Source of the DNA: Phoronis australis
Lineage: Eukaryota; Animalia; Phoronida
DNA: 64,000 bases
Reading direction: 5' to 3'
NCBI GenBank assembly: GCA_002633005.1
Contig: NMRA01000007.1
Location: forward strand, 124,001-188,000
Within the stretch, counting starts at the first letter, position 1; each line of letters opens with the position of its first letter. The notes beneath the pieces were generated by a model, which saw nothing but the letters and a program-made list of their open reading frames with translations, ran no database searches and was not told the DNA's origin. Made by a program: the position numbers and the translations under genes. Positions 27,001 through 37,800 of the stretch are shown one piece after another.

Positions 27001-28536
27001 CTCGAAATCGCAAATGTCACGCACGGCCACCAAAGTTGAGGTAGCGAACCCTTGGCAGATTTTTAGAGGGAGTATGCACCACAGGTGTAATGTTCATGCT
27101 GCCAACGAAACTCCTTATAAGGCGACGAGATGAACTCGGTCAATCTCAATGGTCTGTGGCACCAAAAGTAACCAATAATATTCATCTACGTGAGAAATAC
27201 ACAAACAACAACTAATGAGAACCATCAAAAGCAGTTTCATGCAAATGTTTGTTGAGACTGGTAGCGGTAAAGTCTGTGTCGTGTGGCCCACCCAATACTG
27301 AAAAATGTGCTACGAAAACCAAAATTCTGGCCTCCCAGAAGACGGCCGTAGTCTAAACTGCTGCGCAGCGGTGTCTTTGCTGACAACATATACTTCGCAG
27401 AACTAACCACCAAGTCTTAATTGCTGTCAAGCGTGATTTGAACCAGTGAAGACCTTATTAATGACGACGATGCCTTTTTTACAAAGTAGTCCCTATATTT
27501 TTAAACTGGCCCGCGGGATTTTTAAACAGGACGCGGGACATTTAAACAGGACGTGCGTTCAGCTAAACAGGATGCTGCGACAAGTTAAAAGTGGTCGTGG
27601 AGAACACTGCTTTCACACAGTCAATTACACCCATCTCGTATCTCACCTAAACTTGTATTTGTCTTTCTTGTTGTTAATCAAGCCCTCTGCCAGGTCCTTG
27701 GGAATGTGGAAAGAAAGTCTTGGCTGACCACTCTCATCCTCATCTATTTCATATTGCTGGAAAATTGCCAAGTTAGAAAGATAACGAGTGTTACAGAAAG
27801 TTGAGAACTGTATACGGCGACTAAGACTAACAACCAAACTTATTAGCTGTGTTGAGTGGTTGTCTGTATGTGAATGTGTCAAATAATCACACTCTCCTTT
27901 TGTATAGGATAATAGTGTCAATACACTATTAAAAACACAAAAACAGACTTCTGGCGCTCTCTCCTGTGACCTCATTATTTGACTTTGATTAAAATTGAAA
28001 AATGCCCAATACTGTGACACACCTATCCAGAGAAAACCATATTTTATAAGGCTGTAATATTTGTAGTTATTTGGTTAAGAGTTAGTTTACTCAAGGAAGA
28101 GTGTAGTTTTTAATGACACTAATTCATTTTGTGTCAGATTTTACACGATCACCTTTTACCCACATCGGCACAAAGCTGTATATTTAGTACACAGCTTTGT
28201 TCTAAGCCTAAAAGGCTGCAAAAGCTGCTGTGTAATCAATCGCCCATTTTCAGTCACACTGGGAGAATTTTCCTGATTGGGAGAAAACTTTTCTCTTGAT
28301 CTGCAGAAATTCTCTCAATTGTGGTAATGAATTTCGCAAAGTGTCGAGAGACAAAATATGCAATCAGGAAAATTTATTTTCCTACAGTCCTGGTCACCAG
28401 GCACTAACCGGTGGATACCTGATGTCTGAACTGATGACTACTTGACAGTGACAGTCAGTGGTGTAATACTTACGCCAAGTGTTTTTGATCTTGTAGGCTT
28501 CACACGACAAAATATTTGAATGGTTTGCTTGACCAT
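9003..28536 (-). CDS. KIF6: Kinesin-like protein KIF6 (kinesin-9 family), complete, about 847 aa
   Basis: 22 exons in transcript order: 28474-28536, 27647-27756, 25755-25829, 25014-25056, 23179-23283, 22645-22754, 21752-21881, 20674-20792, 19964-20051, 19213-19356, 18489-18679, 17852-17957, 17184-17331, 15816-16121, 15117-15275, 14203-14253, 13990-14068, 12778-12913, 11976-12077, 10715-10872, 9858-9955, 9003-9025(TAG); 2544 nt in total, phases consistent. Motifs: N-terminus [15 protein letters not shown]-loop GQ/TGSGKT, switch I NQASTRSH, switch [31 protein letters not shown], and KIF6-typical [18 protein letters not shown] and tail [21 protein letters not shown]. Confidence 0.95.
11780..11940. 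repeat. Dispersed repeat family (other copies at about 33330-33470 +, 36045-36130 -, 45050-45190 +)
   Basis: Shared core GTTTGGTAAT...AAAGCAAAGTAAAT...GTTGAGAAATTTG(G/A)CAAAATGAAATTTCA...CCATATTG at four sites. Confidence 0.75.
13085..13392. mobile_element. MITE with about 45-bp imperfect terminal inverted repeats
   Basis: GGGTCACTCATATTGACAAGGTGTCTGCAG (about 13100-13129) versus CTGCAGGCACCTTGTCACTACGAGTGACCC (about 13347-13376); the match extends outward to AACTGGCAG / CTGGCAGTT. Confidence 0.75.
13619..13861 (-). mobile_element. hAT-like MITE copy (same family as 53779-53986)
   Basis: Degenerate ends CATGGATTGTAAT / ATTACAAGCCCCA; the interior is the diverged reverse complement of the 53779-53986 element. 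Confidence 0.7.
16122..17183 (-). other. U12-type (minor spliceosome) GT-AG intron in KIF6
   Basis: 5' splice site GTATCCTTTTT (minus strand from 17183); branch-site-like TTTTCCTTATC (16143-16133) with the branch A about 13 nt upstream of the AG. Removal restores ...[15 protein letters not shown]. Confidence 0.88.
19446..19642. mobile_element. PIF/Harbinger-like MITE
   Basis: Ends GGGCCATTCAA / TTGAAACGTGCCC flanked by a 3-bp CTG duplication (19443-19445, 19643-19645); internal palindromic CTTAG/CTAAG motifs. The superfamily call is inferred from the GGGC ends and 3-bp TSD. Confidence 0.55.
22460..22625. repeat. Minisatellite, about 4 x 42 bp
   Basis: Unit CCGTATGTATGATAGATTAACTCATTGCGTGGCCGTATCATA, next to the KIF6 exon 6 donor; it produces the repetitive spurious ORFs 22290-22640 and 22469-22768. 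Confidence 0.9.
23312..23515. repeat. Minisatellite, about 3 x 66-67 bp
   Basis: Core AGGTTAAAGGTCA...CAT(C/G)ATTACA recurs at about 23325, 23392 and 23458. Confidence 0.85.
24248..24560 (-). mobile_element. Non-LTR retrotransposon (LINE) 3' relic
   Basis: Minus-strand translation [27 protein letters not shown] resembles the C-terminal cysteine/histidine motif (C..C....IEDEYHFL..C....LR) of LINE ORF2 proteins; upstream sequence is decayed. Confidence 0.6.
26382..27609. mobile_element. Non-autonomous DNA transposon, 1228 bp, 13-bp TIRs and 5-bp TSD (hAT5-like)
   Basis: Perfect TIRs CAGTGTTCTCCAC (26382-26394) / GTGGAGAACACTG (27597-27609); TSD CTTTC at 26377-26381 and 27610-27614; CpG-rich interior with subterminal TAAACAGGA repeats. 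Confidence 0.88.
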
Positions 28537-28619
28537 ATTAGTTGTTGAGTTACAGACACAAACTTGGATACACCATAAGGCTTGAACCTTATATATCTTC
28601 AAGTTATCAACATAAACAA

Positions 28620-28720
28620 ACCCCAAAGGCTACGGCGGCCACCATGTTTGAAAACTATTCCCAGTCTCTTCTCTGATTGGTTATTGTTATCCGGTTACGA
28701 TCGAAGTCCTTCGTGTATGT
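28620..28720. promoter_or_regulatory. Candidate bidirectional promoter for KIF6 (-) and DAAM (+)
   Basis: CpG-enriched stretch between the KIF6 ATG (28536, minus) and a strong plus-strand donor CAG|GTAAGT (28837/28838). It contains a YY1-like GGCGGCCACCATGTTT (28634-28649) and a CCAAT box (ATTGG, 28676-28680). Confidence 0.55.
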
Positions 28721-28837
28721 CCGATAATCAACATTGAGGAGTGTCGAACTGCAGTGAGCCACCGGTGCGTTTGATCTGTTGGTCAGGTGTTGACAGCTGT
28801 GATAAATTCTTCTTTAAATTTGACAGAAAGTGCTCAG
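28700..28837 (+). other. Putative first non-coding exon of DAAM (start approximate)
   Basis: Consensus donor CAG|GTAAGT at 28837. The first coding DAAM exon begins with an acceptor (46033), so an upstream exon is required, and I found no other gene in between. Confidence 0.55.
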
Positions 28838-31800
28838 GTAAGTTTAAATAAGACATTTAGTTTGTACCTGACCCCTGTTTCAGTTTATGCTTTGGGTACT
28901 TCGAAACATTTGGCATCTGAAAAGTAGATCGACGAATGTGTTCGTGTGAAATCAAAATCAATGCAGTGTTGACTGTTCCGCGTAACTGAAAGTGAATGAA
29001 TATTGAGTTGTGTTTAAGTCACCGGGATAGGCTCCTACAAACCAATACTCGCTACAGAAATAGCATTTAGAAATCGGATGTTATGTTTGTGGCAAAATGT
29101 AGGGTTTCTGCACTGATGAACAGGTTCATAGTAAATTTTAATTTAAAAAGCACAATTTCTTGGAATTTGTTGTGAAAATTTTCCATCTCCATCTTTCTAG
29201 TCCCCGGGGAAGGAGGAGGGTAATTTACAGTGGATTCTCATTCAGATCTGGGTGAGGTTTTGGCTGTCAGTTTTCTTTTTGACATTAGGCCTGTTACTTA
29301 ATTCAATAAAATTCAGCAATGGTGACAATTCACTTTATTCTTGGTTAAGAATTCTACAAAAGGGTCCAGTTTGCAACAGAACTTTACATTCTATTTAGGC
29401 TTGTTGGATTGAGAATATTATTGTCCAAAGGGTTATTTATTGAATGTTCATGTGAAACATTCCTATACTAAAGGATTATACCGTATGTATATGGAAACAA
29501 GCCCCTGCATAAGAAGTTCAGGTAAAGGGCTGCTGTCAGTATATACGAGTCGTCTGTTAAAGTAAAAGTTAAATCTTTGAGCTCATGTTCTGTATAGTTA
29601 TCCAAGTCACCATTAAAGAAATTTTAAAACAAATAAGCCAGGGGATGCTTTTTATCAGGCTAACTCTCTAATCTCCCAGTGGCACACCCTGGTCAGACTA
29701 GTGAAATGCCCCCCCAGGCCTTAATCGGATGCTACACACATCCCAGTGTACAGGGGTTGCTGTTGAACATTCCTATAAACAGTGTTATCTGTAAGAAAAC
29801 AGGAGTGTCACATGTATATGAAGGGGGGGACCAAATACCTGCTTGGAAATTTCAAATGTGTAATAGCACATTCCCATACCTATTCAGTTTACCACTGCAT
29901 AATTATTTCCAGGCTAACGGAAAATGACAATTTTCGTAGTTATTTTTGTGCGAAATAATTGGAGAATTACTGTATTACCATTGACGCACTCTAGAGAAAA
30001 AAATTGCTTTGGTGAATTAAGTTCTCATTCAGTTTTCTCCCATATGTATGGCTATGTCAAAGCAAATATTGAACAAAACATCATTGTGGCGTGTTACATT
30101 TACTCATTGTTTATTGTTTTCTTTGTTACAAGCATTGATAGTATGTTGCAGTGAGTTTTTTAGACAACTATAGCAAAGGTAGGTATTGATTTGAATGCTG
30201 TAATTCAAAAACGATTTGATGTTCTAATCTATATATCTAACTTTGGTAGACAGAAAACCATCAGAATTGAGTTTTGACATTGTGACACGTACCAGGAAAT
30301 CAATTTACGAAAGAGCAGTTGTGGTGTCTCTCGGGGGAAAAATGGTGGGACTTAAGAATCATTTATGGATAGCCGCAGGGTCTTCATTTAACCTTGTGCT
30401 TTTAAGCTATGTCTCTAAAGGAAGTTTTCACTTTGTTGACTGGAAATATTTGAAAGATTGAAAATTGAGAAATTACCTATTGTCACTAAACTTGCTTGCG
30501 TTTTCACTTGCACCAGATGTGCAAAACAATCCCAAAAGATCTCTTGTGGCGTTTTCAAACCTTGTTTCTGAAAGGCCACCATGAGGCTTTATCTTGATAT
30601 GAGCTCTTTCAGAAATCCCCTGGTAACATGCAGTTGACTAGTGTAGCTCTTGGTCGTTGTGCATATCTCGCTCAGCTTTTCTTCTGAACTTGCCAACTAG
30701 CTCTTAAGTCAGGAGCATCACCCCTTGTAACTGTAATTTGTTGGCTACACTCTAACATTTTCCATTAGGCAAACTTAATCAGTACTTCAGCCTGAAGATT
30801 AGCAACACACCAACAAATGTGTTCACTCTGGCTTGACTGTCAGCTTCGGTTTTTGCTAACACAATTTTTAGAATGTTTTTAGAAAGTGTAAAGGTAAAAA
30901 AACTTGGAATAGGTGTGGTTGGGTCTAAAGGATGCATGTTAAAGAAAATATCTAATGTTCAGAACATGTTGCAAAGGTTTTCAAATTATGCGCAAAAGAC
31001 TTTTGTGTAAAATCCAAATAGCTGTAAAAATGTCAATGTCTATGCCGAAATTATTAAGAAAGAAACACATGTTTTTCAATAGAAAGGTTTTTGCTACAGA
31101 AACATTGATGATTTCTGAATATCAACTGGGTAATTACCGACACGTGTACAACCTTGATAAGGGTGATTAACGTGAGGCTTTACTCACTCATTCAAATTTC
31201 TTTGATATAATGGCAGGAAGTTACATATTGAAAGTGATAAATTGCGGGAACCCCCTCCCTCTCGCATTGATCCACCACTATCTTATTTTCACTTTGGGTG
31301 ATAGTCCTTCAACGCTTGAAAACTGCTGTCACGATTGTTCCTGAAATTAACTCAATCTGATTTTTTATATTAGCAATGTTAAAAATCAATAACTTTTGAC
31401 ACAATTTGCTCTTGTCTATGTCATGAAGCATTATTCCATTGTTATCAAACATGACTTGGAGTTTTGTTTGATATGATCAGATGCATGGTACTCAGAAGCA
31501 CAATGAATGACAGGTCTTTTGACTCTCAATGTATTTGTTATAACTAGCCTGCACTGCATTGATTTTCAAGGCAGCTTTTTCGATACTACCGTACCATAAA
31601 CTATGTGAATGATGCCAGCTGATGATACCTTTGTCTTGTCTTGTGGCTAATTCTTCCAATGCGCGATTGGATCCTTAAAAGGCATTTCACACAGTTGAGC
31701 CATTGATTTGCCTGTAATGTTTGCATTGTTTTGGTACACATGTCTTTAGCCAACCCTGGTGTGCAATGTTTTTTCAAATCAGTTACTTAATTATAGCTCG

Positions 31801-34800
31801 TATTTCTTGAGTAAACAAAGAAAGGTTCAGCAAATAGTCGGTAGCATTTTTTGTAGTTTCTTGTGGGTCTTGGGCATCTTTCTCAAGTTATGTGAATTAT
31901 CCCCTCTCTGCATTACACACTCTCTACCAAAGCACATACCACAAGTCAAACACAGGTTGACAGGGCTGTGGACCCTGGGAACCAGCATCAAGAATGTTAA
32001 TGGTATTATTGATGAAAGATGTCTTCATGTTGTTGGTGTATATAAAATAAGTTCATTAAAGCCACTGACAAAATGAGTCATGTTTTGATAATAATGTAAA
32101 CTTTTTCAATTTGTTAAATCTTTTGTTGGGATAACATGGCTGGTTGACTCCTGTTGACCTGCTGTCAAAATAGTGTGAGATCATAGAGTTTAATGCCCTC
32201 ATAGATCAAAGGCAACAGATTCACAACAGTCACCTTTTTTGTGCCAATCACAGCTTTCAGAACGTGTATTTGGGTAAATTCTGAAGATACCTTTGTATTG
32301 CCTACTAGTATTGCAAGAAAGCATTTCACTATTGTGAAGCCTGTAAACATTTTCATTTAGCAGAATTTGTGATATGGTAACTATTTCTGACAACAGTTCA
32401 GGTAGCACAATTTCAAAATTCCAACTCTTATAAGGACCCAGCAAACAGCCATAGTGGGCAGACGTACGCACCAGGAGTAAAACGGGTTAACACGACAGGT
32501 ACAGCTGGTGAATAAGGATGTTTAGGCTTATATGTAAGATCACAGATCTGGTGCATTGAAGATATACAGGGTGAGCTCTCCATGTAATACAGTCTAGGAG
32601 GCCATGAAAAATCTGGCCTTTGTCTGCCCTTGTGATTGCCCATTATTTAATACAGTCCAAGGTATTTAGATCATCAATAAGTTTCCACTTGAGCCCACCC
32701 TACCAGTTATATTGATTCCTCTCTAGTTATTTGTTTGCCCTCAGTGACCCTATAATGTACTAAGCCCATTTTGCCAATTTTTAGAACTGTCTATTGTTTA
32801 TTTTTTCCTGAAAATATCTTGAAAGATTCATCGTTTGGGTTTTAAGTGAATCACTTCCTCAAGACATGTACCCATGTCAACTTATCTTAATGGGACAAAT
32901 CTCTCTATTAGAAACCTTTTCACATACTTTTCTTCACACTTCAGTGGTGGCATTTATACCTTTAGCCCAGTTTGTATCGATAACAGATTCTATTGTAATT
33001 CTCCACAATTATCTGTACTGTAATCTAAACCAGGATATTTGATAGTGTCTACTGACTAGTGTTTGTATTCCTAAAACACTTGTTAGTTAAATGCGATTCT
33101 ATCAAGAATGGAAGTTCATGTTATAATAAGTATTCCAGGTCTGTTTCGTTTTACAACTTCCAAAACAGTATACTCTGTGTAAATTTGAAGTATGAGATAA
33201 ATACCGATGTACAATTCATATTTGTTGCCTTGGTAGCCATTTGTTCTCTTGGTAATCCTTAGCAGTAGCGTAAAATTCTTCAATTCAGAGGCTTATCACA
33301 TTGTTGTAAATTCTCAAAATTTTACCAAATTTTGTTTGGTAAAGGCAAGCCATACAACTTGAACCAATCTAAAGGCAAAGTAAATTGTCCTGCAAAATTA
33401 TTTTTGTTGAGAAATATGGCAAAATGAAATTACACCTGTCTACCATATTGTGTCCTGAAGAATTTTTACCACAGTCCCAACTCATGCCCTGTGTGTAGTT
33501 TCATATCTTGACTACATTCCTCTACTTGTCAGCACTATCTTGCATAAATTATGTTCTCAGCTTGTGTATTGATTGATTCTGAAACTGTGTGTATTGGCTC
33601 AGTGTGACTAATAAAGTCTCACTAGTCTGCAGGGTGTCTGCAAGTCAAAGGAGCTTTGTTTGAGACTTTTTGATCAGGTTTGTGCATGACTGAAGGCCCA
33701 GGTTGCATCCAGGTGTTAGTGTGGTAGCCCTTTTCTGGCGGAATAACCATACCCTTGCAATTATTTAGCACGTGGTTTTCATTTGCCAATGAGTCAACAC
33801 TGGTCAGTGAAACTGAATTGATCATATTGATTATTCCTCTACTTTTGTCGGAAAATAGATTATCTTTTACCTTGTCTGATATGCCATGATTTTGTGTTTA
33901 ATGATTGTGTATAATACCTTCTTCGTATAAATCTCTGTCCCTTGTATCACTGCACTGAAGTTATTTTGAGCCTATCGAAGATTATTTGTTGACTAATGAG
34001 ACTTCTGTGAAGAAGGTTAGCACTAGAGTTCAGTTGTGTTGTGTTCATGTTGGCATTATTGCTTTGTCCTTTATATATCCAGTTTCACCAAGTAATAATA
34101 TTTTAATGACTCAACCCATATGCCTGAAGGCACATCGAAAATAGTTCTGCTTAAAAGAGATTTTTAATTACAACCCTAAAACCTGATTATTTTGATATGA
34201 GAAAAGTTGTCAAAGTATATTGACTTTAAGGCATTGCAGGCATGTACGTGATGCGTTTTATAAGGATATCATTGTTCAAGTACCATCTTTAATTTCCTTC
34301 ATCTATAACTCTCTCTCCCGAGGGGAACTTGACTAGCACAAGTTGTACTGGAGGGGCAACTTGCGCTTGATCAGCCAAGTGTCCAGACGACATTGTCACA
34401 AATGGCGTCAAGTAGGAACAGGTCGAAAATCACTTACGGTGTGAATGTTATTCTAGTAGGTTTAGTATTACTGGGCACACAACTGCAAAATGACGGGAGT
34501 TCAAGTAAACTAAGATTTGCGATATTTCCCTCAAGTTTTCGGTTATGTCATTTTGTTGTAGAGAATTATTAACAAGAAAAAAGACATGAAAGAATTTGCT
34601 GTCGTTTGTGATATGGTGTTACAAGCAGTGACTAAACAAACTCAATTGCGCCGATGCCTGTATTATATCTAGCCTTCTTGTGCCATACCCCAGTAGTTTG
34701 CTGTCCACACGGCTACTTGAGGGTGGGCAAGTTGATCAGGTACAAGTCTACACTTGTATGTTGTCGCACTCGTCCTTGGCACACTCGCACTAGTTTAAAT

Positions 34801-37800
34801 GAAGGTTATTGGTGAGAAAAGTGAATTACTGAAAATATACTCATTACAGAACTGAACCTGCTGGTGGAGCTAAATTGCACTCCATGAACGACTGAGTATT
34901 TTATATGCATGTAACTGGTAAAGCCTTTGGCATTGGTTTTAACAAATGTCGGGCAGACAACATGGAGGACATAACAGATTTTGTTGTTTTATAGCCCTGG
35001 TCACAGCTCAAGTCTAACTCATCCAAGAATAATTCCAAAACTGCGATACTCGGCCATAAATTGGATAACTTACAATTACTGACTCAACAATTACTGACTT
35101 TCAACACTTACTGACTTTCACTGAGGTCTATATGTTGATTTTCAGACCCCACAAAATGATATGGACTGAGTAGGACACAATGTTAGTGCATTTTCTTGTT
35201 CTTCAGGCCTTGACACTTAAAGAATTTTCAAATACAGAAGCATTCCTGCTTTATCCAGGTTAACTTGCCTCATCTTCCCCCACATTTCTGACCAAACAGA
35301 TTTTCCAGATGGAAAGTAACATTTTCGTCAGGTACTATTTGGCATAGTTTCAGCTCAGGCGCCGCTTCAGCGTACGTTGCTTAATTATTTTAGCGATTGT
35401 CATAAATATATGACCATGTCATTACTGTCAATATTACGGTATTGCTGAAAATTCTTTGAATACAGACTTTAAGTTATAACAGTAGATCTGCAGAGCTGGT
35501 GACACTTAACTTGTTCTGAATGAATTTCATGTTGCAATCTGACAAAAATATGCCCAATATTGTGAAAAAAAACAATATACAAGCCATTACAAATTTCAGA
35601 TCAATGAAATACTTTGGGAAAATCAGCACACGACAGAGGTGAATACTATAGCTCTGTTCCCTATTTTTATCCAAATCTTGAGTCTTCAAGATTGATCATG
35701 GCCTCTTGAGTTATCAGCACTTGTTTATCCTATAAACAAGTGGTATATGCTAAAAAGTAATTAAACTGTCAAACCCAGGATTAGCCAGGAAGTCTCCATG
35801 CAGAGCTGCTGGTCCATGTGTAGGTGGTCTGCTGCCACCATTTGTTTGCTGTAAGGCGTGATACAGCAGATGCTGTAGTACAGGCAGGAGTTACCTTGAA
35901 GTGTAGGCGTGTGATTAAAAGTGATTACAGCAATTACGTCTTGAAATGGGTTTATCGTGAGGTATTCATGAAAAATATTGCTGCGTTGCATAATCGACAT
36001 ATGGGAATTCTTCACCTGTTTAGAACATAGTTGTGGACAAGTGAAGCTTCATTTCGCCAATTTTCTCAACAAAAATCTTTAGAAAAATTTTGCTTGTTTA
36101 TACTATGTACATGTAGCTAAACAACATTTGGATAAGTTTCAATTACTTGCAGCAAGACAATAAGCCTTTAAAAATTGAAAAACGACAATATTTTAAAATT
36201 ATTTTTGTGCGTGATATCTGAAGAATTACTGTTAGTCCCTTTCGTAGGTTATGCATAGGCTGGGGTTTTTGTTGGGCCTGCGTAGTGTAGTCTACTATTG
36301 CATAGGGATAGCATACTGTAACTTACAGTTGTGTAGAGTTACAGAAATTCTCCACATTTTGCACAAAAATTATTGCCAAATTGTTATTTTCCAGTTTCCA
36401 AAGGCCGATTAGTTTTTTACAAATGGTGGATACTTTACCAAACGTTGGTTTAGGACATCAATGCAGTGAGCACCAACTCTGTTGGTATAATAGACTGAAA
36501 ACGTTTCTTACCGTAATCTTTATTTTCGCAAAGAAACTGGACAAAATGGAATTTCACTTGTCAGTCGTATTGTGTGCTAAATAAGTGAAGAGGTACCGTC
36601 CTTGAAAACTGTACACTTTCTACATTCACTGCACGTTGGCCAGCTGAGTACGCTGAGCTCTCCTTCCCTTCCTAGGACCTGTACCTCCGCAGCAGTTCTA
36701 TGCAGGCCAGGTGTGAATCCCCTCTGAGAAAGTTGTGGACTTTAATTCAAGGCTTGCATGTCTATCCACTTCAGGCAACATGCATGTGCTGTAGAGTCCT
36801 GTTTAATAAGTGACAGAGTTTTTCCATGTTTTGATTTTGTTAAGTAACAGAATCTGCTCACTTGTTGGTGGATCAACAGAAAGTTTAATGAAGTGACCGA
36901 AATGGATATCTGTATAATGCTTACAAAGAACAGCTTGGATCTGGTATTTTAGATATTGATTTCTGAATGTCTTTTAAGTCACAGATCAGACATTCCAGAT
37001 AATGTTATTTGAGATATTTCCCACATTGATAGCGAATATTACATCAATTTATTTTAGATTTAGCTGTCTGTGTGAGATTAACTGCTGACGTGATTATAGT
37101 TTTGTTGCCGTCCACACCAGTTGTTCAGTAGAGATCGATATACATATAGGATTTGTTTAGTGTTATGTCTGTTCAGTAATGTTTCATCAGAGGGGCTGCT
37201 ACAAAACTATTCTGCTCATCAATATTTTAATAAAAGAGGATTCCAGCTTTTGACCACTAAATATGTTTTATTATTATTATCACGATTCTTTACGACCATG
37301 GTGACTTTATCGCTGTTGAAAACACCTTTTGTTCCAGATAACAATAATTGAGTTGTCATAAAGTTATGTTTAAGTATTTTTGTGGATGATGAGCTTTCAA
37401 TTTCGATACTCCTAGTTCCCCTAAATCATTTCACCTGTCTGACACATGGTGCTTGTTCAATTGGGGTCAACAGACACATAAAAATGGCTTAAATTGACAC
37501 CTTATTTTTATGGCATTCAGATTCTAAGGCAAGGACAATGCAAAGCAGCTCCTCAAACTGAACGGTGACCGAAACTGCAATGTCAGCACCGGGGTCAAGT
37601 TTACTGTACATGAACGTATACATATTCCAACTATGGAATTATGCGTTTGGTTTGCAGTTGGAGGGTCAGACCAAATTAGACCATAGATTTGAGGTCCTCT
37701 GCACCAACTGACCTTAAGCCACCTTTTCTAAAGTGATCCTGATTATTAGAAGTTCTCCAAAAGACGGTGTCCGTACTCTCTTTGGAATCGTGCTTGCACT

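Noticed and set aside
28686-28698. Possible RFX X-box (GTAACCGGATAAC on the minus strand) in the KIF6 promoter
   Set aside because: Only a partial match to the X-box consensus; plausible for a ciliary gene but not supportable by eye.
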